This document shows positions 37,140 through 48,261 of a stretch of DNA of 64,000 nucleotides, piece by piece. Numbering within the stretch: position 1 is the first letter of the stretch; every line of letters begins with the position of its first letter. The translations under genes were made by a program, and so were the position numbers. Below the pieces are notes generated by a model that saw nothing but the letters and a program-made list of their open reading frames with translations, was not told where the DNA came from and ran no database searches. This stretch comes from Lama guanicoe (lineage: Eukaryota), in assembly GCA_013239625.1 (NCBI GenBank), contig MU054001.1:6311078-6375077 (forward strand), in the 5' to 3' direction.

Positions 37140-38690
37140 AGTAATTATTCATTCAATAAATATTTACTAAGTACACAGTAATGCCTGGCCTCAACTAGAC
37201 AGAGGGCTATGAAGACTAAAAGACAGAGGACCCGTCCTCTAGGGGTCACAGCCTAGTGGGAAGACAGGCATGGAAATAAACAACTACAGTACATTACAGA
37301 ATGTCTGCACATGGTATATACCGAGAACCAAGGGCATGAGACATCTGAGTCTGCTTAGCGCGTCAGGGAAGGGTTTATAGGAAAGAAGATGCCTCCACTA
37401 ACGCTTGTTGGATTTCTCTGGGGAGATGAGGTAAGGGACTTCCACACAGTACAAACTAGAGATGCATGAAGGGCAAAGTTTGTTAAAGAAAATACTAGCA
37501 ATTCGGTATTTTTGGAATTAGTAAGGAAGAAGTAGTGAAAGCTGAAGCCAGGAGGGCCAGACAAGGAAGGGCCTGAGAAGTCATGCGAAGAGACAAAGAC
37601 TTTGATCTGAAAGTGACAGGGAAGCACTGGTGGATACTAAACAGGATCAGATTTACTTGCTAGATGAACAGCTGGCGGTACTGAAGAGGACAAGAAATAC
37701 GGAGACCAAGTGGAAGGCTGCTGGGAACAATCCAAAGAGAAAAGATGTTAGCCTAACCTGAGATTTCTCAACTTCAGCACTACTGACATTCTGGGCCAAG
37801 AAATTCTTTGTTGCAGGGGCTGTCCTGTGCACTGTGGGACATTTAATAGCATCTCTGGTTTTTGCCTTCCAGATGCCAGTAGCACCCACCAAATTGTGGC
37901 CATGGAAAATGTCTGCAGGTATTGTCAAATGTCCCCTGGGGAGCAAAATCATTCCTGGTTGTGGATCACTAGCCTAAACCAAGGAGTTAAGAGAGAGGAA
38001 GGGGCAGACTTTTAAGGTGTGAAGGTGGTTAAACTTGTCAGCCTAGGTGAGTAACAAAGAAGCTGAGTGAGAGGGAAGACCCTAGAATGAACCTCAGGTT
38101 TGGGGCTTGTGCCGAAGAGTGGAAGGTGAACATAGGCAGACTTCAGTGCATCCTAGTAAGGATGTCCAAAAGGCAGCTGGATACGTGGTAGGGCACTCAG
38201 GGGCAGAAGTATGAGTTAGGGATAGAGATCCGGAATTAACAGTGATTGCTAAAGCAATAATCGCACAGATGGTATGAAAAGAGTACAGGACTGAGGATGG
38301 ATTCCAGGAGACGAACAATGTTTAAGGAAAAGCAGCAGCAGAAGAACCTGCAAAGGAGACTAACAAAGACAGTGAGAGGTGTAAACAGAGAATTAGGAAG
38401 AGAATGAAGTCACAGAAAATGGAGGAGAACCTCCCAAGACAGAGGTAGAGACAGAGACTCAGTTAAAACCCTCAAATGCCCATAAGAGGGCCAGTGAAAT
38501 AAGATCAGAAAAGCACCCATAATGACTCAGTGACATAAACTGACTGAAGACAGCACAGCCACTGAGAAGTGCTGGGGAGAGGAGCTAGATTATAGGGTAA
38601 AGAATTAAGTAAGGGGCAAACAAGGAGACACACCCAGAACATACCGTGCTCTTTAGAAGTATGACAACAGAGAGAGACAATGGGAGGCAC
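37140..38690 (-). mobile_element. L2 LINE, interrupted by MER20
   Basis: Starts attcattcaataaatatttactaag (L2 3' end reversed), followed by a purine-rich L2 body. Confidence 0.75.
37758..37971. mobile_element. MER20 hAT-Charlie DNA transposon
   Basis: tttctcaacttcagcactactgacatt...ggggctgtcctgtgcactgt...agatgccagtagcac...caaatgtcccctggggg. Flanks gcctaacc/gcctaaac resemble an 8-bp hAT TSD. Confidence 0.9.
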
Positions 38691-38703
38691 ATAGGGAGGG
38701 TTT

Positions 38704-38704
<1 letters not shown>

Positions 38705-38733
<29 letters not shown>
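38705..38733. repeat. (GT)n microsatellite
   Basis: GT run read directly, with one GC interruption. Confidence 0.95.
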
Positions 38734-38735
<2 letters not shown>

Positions 38736-39124
38736 TAATGATTTTCAATCTACCCCACTAAAGCAAAGTCTTCAGTAATGTGGATGGATGCTTACTTTTT
38801 GTGGGGTGCTATAATAGTTTCTGGGCAGCTTAAAAACAGCTAGACTAAACCTAGATATGGGGTATATATATATGTACTTGAAACATAAAATATTTTAAAA
38901 CTAAATATTTAGAGGACTATATTCCTCTAAATGGGAAGTGTCTAAATGAAACAGAAAAAAGAGTGCTTGCTTAATAAATTGAAAATTGTATCACAAATAG
39001 ATATTTGCTATTATGTAAGACAAATATTATAGAGCAGGCAGGCAAAGCACAGAAAGTGCAACAGAAAAATTAATCACCCACTGAATCAACAGGGTCCAGT
39101 ATGAGCAAACGGGCCTCAATGGTA

Positions 39125-39372
39125 GTAAGAACTACCTGATTGAGAGATTACTATGTGCTAACACCGTTCTGGGTGCTTTTATATGTATTAATTCATTTAT
39201 TCCTCACAGAAATCCCAATAATAGGACCAATAATGGTAGGTACTAATATTATTTCACTAATGAAGAATATTAAACAGAGGTTAGTTAACTTGCCCAAGGC
39301 CAGACAGCTAGTAAGTGGTAGAGGCAGAATTCAAACCCAAGAAGTCTGCTTCCTGAATCTGTGCCCCTGACC
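39125..39372. mobile_element. MIR SINE adjacent to the exon 10 donor
   Basis: tattaattcatttattcctcacag...cagaggttagttaacttgcccaaggccagacagctagtaagtggtagaggcagaattcaaaccca. Confidence 0.85.
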
Positions 39373-39412
39373 ATTCTGGTATGCTATCTGATATGGGATA
39401 TTTTTTTGATAC

Positions 39413-39610
39413 CTTAATTTCAGCTGGTTTGTAGTAGCGTCTGTTGGGATCTTCCAATGATGTTCTATACCCATCTCTCAAGAAACGCTTAAATCCGTAT
39501 TTTCCTTTCAGTTTTCTAACCACTTTATCAAGTGTCTGGTTAAACAGAACTTCATCATCCAAAGCAAATGCAGGATAGCTGATGCAGGGGAGCAGGGCAG
39601 CATCAGTGTT
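39413..39610 (-). CDS. PHKB: PHKB coding exon (exon 10 equivalent, 198 nt)
   Basis: gctcccag|AAC ACT GAT...ATT AAG|gtatca. Encodes [66 protein letters not shown], inside ORF 39308..39655. Phase 0-0. Confidence 0.97.
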
Positions 39611-40541
39611 CTGGGAGCAATAAAAAAAAGAAGGAAATGTAAGTGCCTGCAGCAATATGATCCAGGAGGATCACAGAGATGAAAAGCCACTAAGGTTATC
39701 TGACAGTGAGATTGCTGTGCCCCAAGGGACAGGGAGATGTCTACATAGCATGGTTTAGGGAACCTTACAGAGGAGATAAAACTTTGTTCAATAATAAGGA
39801 GTAGTTTCAAGGTTCAACACTGGACTCAAACTTTAAGGCATTACTTAAGGCAGTGTGTAAAACTTTAACACCAATAATTAGTCATTACAACTAGTTTGTC
39901 ATAACAACTTGTTTATAATAGTGAACACCAGAAAACAATCTAAATGTCCAACAATTAGCTAAGTAAATTAGCAACTATTAAAATTTATATTGTAAAAATA
40001 CTCCTAGAAACATCTGCAGCCAGATGCTATATAGGCATATAAAAATTTATCAAAGAAAAAAGGTGAATTGAATAAGAGAAAAGAAACAAGGAAAGTAATT
40101 TTATTCAAAAGAAACTTAAATTATAAAAAATATTTTCCTAATATTTTATATATTTTTAAAAAAATTTGTTATTGAAGTATAGTCACCTTACAAAACTGTG
40201 TTAATTTCTGGTTAATTATATATTTCTAATACATAATATTCTGTGGCCAAAAAATTCATTTCAGTATAATGTTGCTACTCCTCCAAAAAGAAAACAATGT
40301 AACTAGTTCTCTATTGCTTTACAAAAGACTCAAAGGAAAAAGCGGCTTTCTCCACAGCTCTGCTCACTTCCTGAACAAGACTTCCATGGGCCAGGGGAGG
40401 GGGCAGCAACATCTATTCTCTCTTCTTACCTCTTCTGGCAACCTCTGACACTTAAGAGCACTTTCTTGCAAAAAACAAACAAAACCACACATCAATCATA
40501 AACAACAGCTCATGTTAATTTATTATAAAAAAATATCTTAC

Positions 40542-40637
40542 ATGAGATCTTGATTCTCTGGGTAACAGTGAGCACAAAGTTTGCCTATTGCGATTGTGGG
40601 CATCGAGATCCACAAATATCACTGACCAGGAACAGCC
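40542..40637 (-). CDS. PHKB: PHKB coding exon (exon 9 equivalent, 96 nt)
   Basis: ctcattccag|GGC TGT TCC...TCT CAT|gtaaga. Encodes [32 protein letters not shown], inside ORF 40515..40727. Phase 0-0. Confidence 0.97.
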
Positions 40638-40805
40638 CTGGAATGAGAGAAAAACATTTCCTACATTAACAAAAAAGCATGTGAACACTGGACGCTTCAG
40701 TGAAATAAATTTCACATTATAAATCAATGTTACCTCAATTTAAAAAAATAATAAATTTTTTTTAAAGACAAGCAAAAAAAAAGAAATTTCAGAAAAATAC
40801 TAACA

Positions 40806-41350
40806 GGAAACAGCCTAAATGTCCATCGACAGATGACTGGATAAAGAAGATGTGGTATATTTGTACAATGGAATACTATTCAGCCATAAAAAACGACAAC
40901 ATAACGCCATTTGCAGCAACATGGATGTCCCTGGAGAATGTCATTCTAAGTGAAGTAAGCCACAAAGAGAAAGAAAAAATACCACATGAGATTGCTCATA
41001 TGTGGAATCTAAAAAAATTAAAAAATAAAAATAACATAACTACAAAACACAAACAGACTCATAGACATAGAATACAAACTTGTGATTGCCATGGTAGGGG
41101 GAGGGTGGAAAGAGACAGACTGAGAGTTTGAAATTTGTAGACACTAACAGACATATGTAGAATAGATAAACAAGATTATACTGTACAGCACAGGGAAATA
41201 TATACATACAAAATCTGGTGGTAGCTCACAGAGAAAAAGAGTTTGACAATGAATATATGTATGTTTGTGTATAACTGAAAAATTGTGCTCTACACTGGAA
41301 ATTGACAACATTGTAAACTGACTATAACTCAATAAAAAATAAAAAAAAAA
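40806..41350 (+). mobile_element. Young 5'-truncated L1 (ORF2 end plus 3' UTR)
   Basis: Same family as 23226-24255, with aataaa and poly(A). Perfect 15-bp TSD agaaaaatactaaca at 40791-40805 and 41351-41365. Confidence 0.95.
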
Positions 41351-43845
41351 AGAAAAATACTAACAATGGTTGCAATCGGAGAGTGGCATTAGAGATTTTA
41401 ATTTTTTTAGTATTTTCAGTATTTCTCAAATTTCTTGCAAACTAACCTGTTAATTTTATAATCATAAAAAATAAATGATATTTTTACATTTTCCCTAGAT
41501 CTCCTTAGCTTTCTTATAAATCAAAATGTATTGATTACAAGGTAACTAATCATGGACCTTTATTTTAATAAAAATAAAAAATAGTTTGGTTAACATGTTT
41601 GACAAGAAATAAAGGAAGAACTGGTTTGGATTTGCAGAATCTGATTTGTACAGTCCTAATAAAGAATGTTGATTATGTGATCAAACTAAATGAATTTAGA
41701 TACAATCTAGAATTACAGATACAAAAAACTACTTGGTTAAAACATTAAGACAGGAAGATCTCAAATAACTGTAATGTACATAATTCTAGCTAATATTCAC
41801 TGTGTCAAGCACCGTGTTTTATGCTTCACATTGATTATCTCATTTAATTCCCATATGCAGATATTATTATCTCCATTATGCTGAAAAGGATGCTGCCTCT
41901 TAGTTTAACAGAGGCAAGGTTCAAAAACAAGTCTCTGATACAGAAGCCCATACCTTAAGCACTAAGCTAAGTAATTTCCCATACTAAAAAATATTAAAAG
42001 AAAACAGGTTGTAACAAAAAATGTTAATTTGACTGCTAACCAAGTTAAAAAAAATTACTGCTTATCCATTAGTGCTTTCCATATTCAACAGTGTAGTCTT
42101 TAATTAAACATAGCTTTATTTTGAGCTGAATATTTTGAAAACACAGAGAATGAAGTTGGAATATAATGACTGCCTCCATTACAAGAGGATTCTCAGAAAA
42201 ATATATGGGGAAAGGAAGAAGAAAACCATCCTAAATTTCATGTTGCTTCATTACCTTCTAAAACTCATACCAATTCTCACCAACTTCAAGATGCATTCAC
42301 CATGAAACTAAAATACCCTGACAAATTTAAGATCGAGTAGGACTATGATGCTAGATCCAAATATCAGACTCACTATATGTGTATTTTTCCTATTACCCCA
42401 TGTTCATGCATGAATACTGGCTCATAAAATAGAATGATTTCTCTTATTATTTCTTAAATCGCTTTTAACTCTGATAACAAATGAACAAGGAATGAGTGAG
42501 GCTGTCTCCCAATCAGATCAATGTTAAACTGCTGCTTCTATTATTTTAAAGTCCCTACTTCTTGTCTGTCTGCACAAAACTGAGTCCAACAAAGCTTCAT
42601 GCAGTAGCTGCCACTGTCAGAGAAATGTGCCCTCTGCTTCGAGTAAAACAAGATAGAACATGATCTCTGCTCTCAAGGAGCTGACCCAGATGATACAGTT
42701 CTATAGTGAGATGAATACTAAACCAAACAAAAAGACTGCACGTGGCAATCCATGACTACATAGCAGGTGAGTGGCTTAGATGAATGAATAATAATAATAA
42801 TAATAAACCAAGTTAACAGGAGAAAAATAAAACAGGGAACTTGGGGTACCTGATGGAGAAGGCAAGGACCAGAACTAGGATCTGAATTTTGGGGAAGGGG
42901 GAGCAAGTTGAGTGGTTAGAACAAAACAGCAGAGAAATGAATGCATATGAGACATTGGGAGTCAGCAAATACACCAAATAAGAGGACTTATAGATTGCCC
43001 TTAGGCTGATAATTAATAAAGTTAATAATTAATAAATACATAACAAATCAGTCTATCTTAAATTTTTTTAAAGATACAATCTAAGTAATGTAATTTATAA
43101 ATAATGAAGTGAAATGGCAAATTTGGCAATTCTTGCCATTATTTAATTAACATAAAGAGTCAATTTCTATTTTCTGGCCATAAATAAATTACCTATCCTG
43201 TTCACCAAAGTATTTGTTCAGGTTTCTTCCTCTGCCAGCCTCTGAGAAAAATGTGCAAAAGGAAAAATAACCTCATAATGCTACCATATTTTAACACTAA
43301 GATCAAAAGCTATTGAACTATGTTGTTTGGCTGTCATCTTAAAGCACATACTATGCTTCAAGTATATGGCCCAGATTTACAGAAGAATAAAATTCACCAA
43401 GGCCATGGGCAGCTTCCTATTCAGAAGCAAATTTTTTAAAAAGTCATCAAGGAGAAGCTACACATGGAATTAATTATCACTGACTTTAAATTATCAGACA
43501 CATTTTTAGGTCTGTAAATTTCAAAGGAAGCTAGATATGTCTGCACTGCTTTGAAACTTTTGCATAATATGAGCAATCTCTCTTATCATCTTTTAGATTC
43601 TGGCCTCTGTTCATTTGTCAGTATCCTGATTTCTCCAATTAAAGACAGGAATTTGAAAGGATGTTTTACATGTATATGTCACTCCAGAGTATCTGATTAA
43701 CTTTGTATATTTTATTTTCATCTTCCATATCTTGAAATCATCACAACTCTGCTGTAATATCCTGACTGCATCTAAAGAGCATATTTTAAGCCTCACAGTT
43801 CAAATTTTACTCCTAAACTGAGTTAAGAATTAACTTTGCTGAGAG

Positions 43846-44022
43846 CAGTTGCTCTCATCCTTGACTACATATTAGAACTCCTGGGCAGTTTAGAAAAATC
43901 TCAACATCACAGACTTCCCCCTATATAATTAAGTCAGAATCTCTAAGGGAAGTTCCCAGGCATCAGTATTTTTTTTTTTAAGTTCCTCAAATCCAATGTG
44001 CAGGCAAGATTGAGAAATTATG
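43846..44022. mobile_element. MER5-type hAT-Charlie element
   Basis: cagttgctctcatccttgactacatattagaa...aattaagtcagaatctct...cccaggcatcagtatttt...aatgtgcaggcaagattgagaa. Confidence 0.75.
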
Positions 44023-46228
44023 GCTGGGGAACAATATCAGTAGCATATTTATAACTCAGAATCAGAATGCATAGTAAAGCAATTAGGTGTTTTTAAGGTT
44101 CAGCTAAGAAATCTATGAAAGTTTCCTGGGAAAAGTAGGCTGAAGGTAGAGCCCTGAAATATACATAGTGAGGAAAGGTACCATGTATGTGTGTGAGTAT
44201 GTATGTAGGTGGAGGAGATGTATACTAGATATGTAAGTAGCATACACCAAGACTCAGATGGATCAAAGGAGATGGCACAACTGCAGAAGAGCTGACCACT
44301 ACTTTATAATAGCTGACCTAGACGTGCAACTCCATTCAGCTCACTATTTGGTATGCCATGGAAGGCAGAAGAGTAAGACCTGCATCCTTCCACATTGCTG
44401 CTGTTAACTACTGGTTTAGTTCACGACTCCTCTCAGTCTCCTTGAGATACTCTCTAGAGGTTTTTCAGTTCAACCAATAAAGGACCAGCACTTTATTAGT
44501 AATAACATGATATATCACTTACTGAGGGTTTAAACTTTGGCAAGCACTATGCTAAGTTTTTTATTTGCATGACTACCTTCTGAGGTAGCACCTAGTGTTA
44601 TTCTCTCTCTCTCTTTCTCTCTCTTTTTTTTTTAAATGAGGAAGCTGAGCCTTAGGTACATAACCAGCCAGTCAGCAAGCTCATTGATGGAAGTACAGAG
44701 CACACAGTGACTCCTGCCTCCTGCCTCTGAATACAGTGTCATTGCTTTATGCCACATTATCCTCCTACTCACTCCCTCACCCCTTTCTTCCTTACCTATT
44801 TAATGTACATACAAATAGTCTTTAAATTTTTATACACAAATACACATATACTCATAGACACACACACACTTAAATGAATGTACTGAGAGTGAGGCAGGGG
44901 GAAAAAGGAAGTGAAAGGTATTGAAGGTTACATGCAGGATTTCCACAAGTATGTTGACTCTTCCAAAGAGAAATGCTGATGCAACCTAAGGGACCAGTGC
45001 CACAGAAACCAAGAATCTCCCGGAAGATTCATAATATTAATTCTCATGATTTTCAGTAGGCTCACACCCCTCCAAACCCCACAAGTTCTGATCCCTCCAT
45101 TTCACCAGCCAGAGGTTGAGAGAAAAAGAAGAGTGTGGAAGTGGGTGATTTAGAGCCACCTCTAGGCATTCAGAATGAGGTGCTGCTCCCCTCTTCCCAA
45201 GCCTTTCCATGTCTGTGGTCATTATTCATCCTTCACATCCTAGATTTAACCAGAGTCCTTCCTTCAGAGGAAGTTGGAGTGAGAAGAGAGTTTATGTAAG
45301 TAAGGGGGGTGGGGGAAGAGAGTCAGTTATGTTACCAGACTGTGACCTGAAACTTGCTTAAATTTAAGACTTGAGTATATAGTATTAGAATTGCCATAAC
45401 AAGATCCATGTCATATTTTACATGTCTGCATAAGTTCCTAAACTGTATCATCACTGACTTCGCATTTTAATAGCTTAAGGTTAATTTTAATATTAGTTGC
45501 AAACTTCCTTTGCCCTTCCATTTTAGGAATCTTTACAAAAATTGTAAAGAAAATTAGCCTACTTTCTCAATCCAGAGAAGTAACCTGTATTCCTACATAT
45601 TATTCCCTTCCATTGACAATTCAATCCATGTCACTTGATTAGGTACAGAAACTGGTTAAAGATTTTATGAAAATTTAAGGTAACCCTCAAGGTTTTCCCT
45701 TTTATCTCAAAGAAAATGAGATTTTAGACCTGTGATTATAGCCAGTTGAGGGCTAAGTTAGGATCACAATTTCTAATTCTTTGGTTGCACACATTATGCA
45801 AATTCCCCTCCGCATGTGATATACACTGATATACATTAAATCGGCACCAACAAAGGAACTGACATGGAAATATACAGTATATAATGCCAGGAATATTTTA
45901 AAATGTGAAGACTTAACGAAAGACTAGAGAAAAAAAACTGAACAAGGAAAATGCAAATTCTTTAGAGGAAAAAAAACAACTGAACATGGAATATGCAAAT
46001 TCTTTATTAAGAGTTTTTTTTTAATTAAGCAATCTTTTTCAGTTAGAAAACTAAAATTTAAGCAGCAAATCATATTCAAAGGAAAGGTTATTCAACCATG
46101 GGCTGCTACTTAAATTTCAGACATTCTCTGATCATAAGGAATGACTTGGTTAATGAATGGCCAAGCTAATTAAACGTGCAACTGGAAAAATATTCAAAGT
46201 CTGCCATTGCTGTTGCTGTTTTTTTTAC

Positions 46229-46292
46229 CTGGTTGCCAAAGAGGTTGAATCCATTAATTGCTTCTAAAGCTGCTTTTGCTAAGCCAACAGAG
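46229..46292 (-). CDS. PHKB: PHKB coding exon (exon 8 equivalent, 64 nt)
   Basis: tcttttag|C TCT GTT GGC TTA GCA...AAC CAG|gtaaaa. Encodes (S)[21 protein letters not shown]. Phase 2 in matches the previous exon. Confidence 0.97.
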
Positions 46293-47102
46293 CTAAAAGA
46301 GAAAAGGAAACACTTTATAACTCAGATGTATTTGGCTATAAAATAAGAACCGTTATCTGATGAATATTCAAAAGTAAGTTTCTTCATTAACACTTATAAC
46401 AATTTCCCTAAGAAGAATAATGTCTAAGAGACTTCAGCCTGACATTTCACTATTTTAATTTTTCTTTTTTATAGTTAGTGATCTTCAGGGAAAAATATTT
46501 CTAAGTTCACCTTGATCTAGACAAATGGTCATACTATTGATGGGAGAAGTTTTAACTCCAGTATCATTCATATTCACTGACTCAAGTGAAAAAAAGAAAA
46601 ATGATGAACTTTAGAGGAAGGTGTATTATGATATGTGCACAGTAATATTAGGTTGGGCATCATTAGCTCAGATCAATTAAGAGCTTTTCTGACGTCAACT
46701 TGGAGCCTTAGAAAAGATATTGCACATTATACAATTACCATGGAGTTTAGTTTAATATACCCATTCAAATACTCTTTGCTTAGGGTCCAATAAAATGGAC
46801 CCTCACAGAGCAAATGATCACAATGTTTCTCATTTTTTGCTATATTCTTCTTTTTATAATAATAAACATAAAATAATAAATGTGTACTCCTTTGGCCTCT
46901 CAAATGCCTCTACAATAATGGGGAAAATGGGTAGACCAAAATTTCTTTAAAAATATGACATCGTCATCTTATAAATATCAACCTATAAATATTTTAGATC
47001 TAATTTTATTTTAATTATTTCAATTTTTTGTTTTTATTCAAAGCAGCTTCATATTCCATTAATATTATTTTAAATTAATGACCTGTCATCATTTCTCTAA
47101 AG

Positions 47103-47255
47103 CAGTGATTATCAGAGCGTGGATCTCAGAGAAGTAGCATTACCTGGAAAACTTGTTAGAATTGCCAGTTCTCACTGCTGTCTAGGAGTGGGCTCAACAG
47201 TCAGTGTTAACAAGCCCTCTAGGTGCTTGCTGTGCTCTAAATCTGAGAACCACTG
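47103..47255. mobile_element. MER5A/MER5A1-type hAT-Charlie element
   Basis: Terminal inverted repeats cagtgattatcaga / tctgagaaccactg. Internal agcattacctggaaaacttgttagaa and ttaacaagccctctaggtg. Confidence 0.8.
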
Positions 47256-47374
47256 TTCTAACACTGATGTCATTATGATTTACATTTTCTATGGCTTATT
47301 TACATGAAATGTTCTCAAGTAAGCATCAGTTTTACTACAGGATAATAAATAGATGGGAAACTTATTCTAAAATA

Positions 47375-48140
47375 TATGAATATGAGGGAATATAGCCAAT
47401 ATTTTATAATAACTATAAATGGAATATATTCTTTAAAAATTGTGAATCACTGTTGTACACTTAAAACTTACATACTGTTGCACATCAAATATATTTCATT
47501 CTTTGAAGAGCTAATGAAAACTGACAGACTTCTAGTAACATTGACAAGGAAATAAGACAAGACACAAATGACCAATACTAGGCATAAAACAGGAGCTAAC
47601 ACTATAGTCATTGTATGCATCAAAAGGATAACAAGAAAATGAACAATTCCACACACATAAATCTGACAACTTAGAAGGAATGAATCAATTCTTGGAAAAG
47701 CACAAACTACCACTACTCACCCAATAAAAATAATTTGAATAGCCCTATGACTATTAAGGAAATTGAATCCACAATTTAAAAATGGCCAAACAAGAAATCC
47801 CCATACCTAGATGATTTAGTTGGGGACTTCTACCAAACATTTATTGAAAAATTGACACCAATTCTACACAATCTCTTCTAGAATATAAGAGAGGAAAACA
47901 CTTCAGAATTCAGGTAAAGCTAGCATTACCCCATTTTATGAACCCAGCATTACCCTGATATCAAAACCAAAGACAATACACAAAAACTGTAGAGCAATAC
48001 CCTTCATAAATATAAATATTTAAATCCCTTTCAAAAAATTAGCAAAAAAAATTAAGCAATATGTGAAAATTATCACCATAACTGACCAAGTGAGATTTAT
48101 TCTAGGAACACAAGGCTAGTCCGATCATCAAAAATCAATG
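47375..48140 (+). mobile_element. L1 fragments (short 3' tail followed by an old ORF2 piece)
   Basis: gggaatatagccaatattttataataactataaatgga (L1 tail), then ORF2-like ttctaccaaacattta...ccaattctacacaatctcttc...cagcattaccctgatatcaaaaccaa. Confidence 0.8.
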
Positions 48141-48144
48141 GGAA

Positions 48145-48261
48145 TAGTCTACGGTCTTCTCATTTGCTGGGTTTTTGAAAAAAGTCACTATTCCTAACAA
48201 CTTGTCTTTCGATTTATTGGCCTATTGTGCAGAAAGCAGTGTGAGCTTGGACTACCTAACA
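48145..48261 (+). mobile_element. 3' fragment of an ERV1-type LTR
   Basis: aacttgtctttcgatttattggcctattgtgcagaaagcagtgtgagcttggactacctaaca resembles the U5 end of laurasiatherian ERV1 LTRs. Confidence 0.55.
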
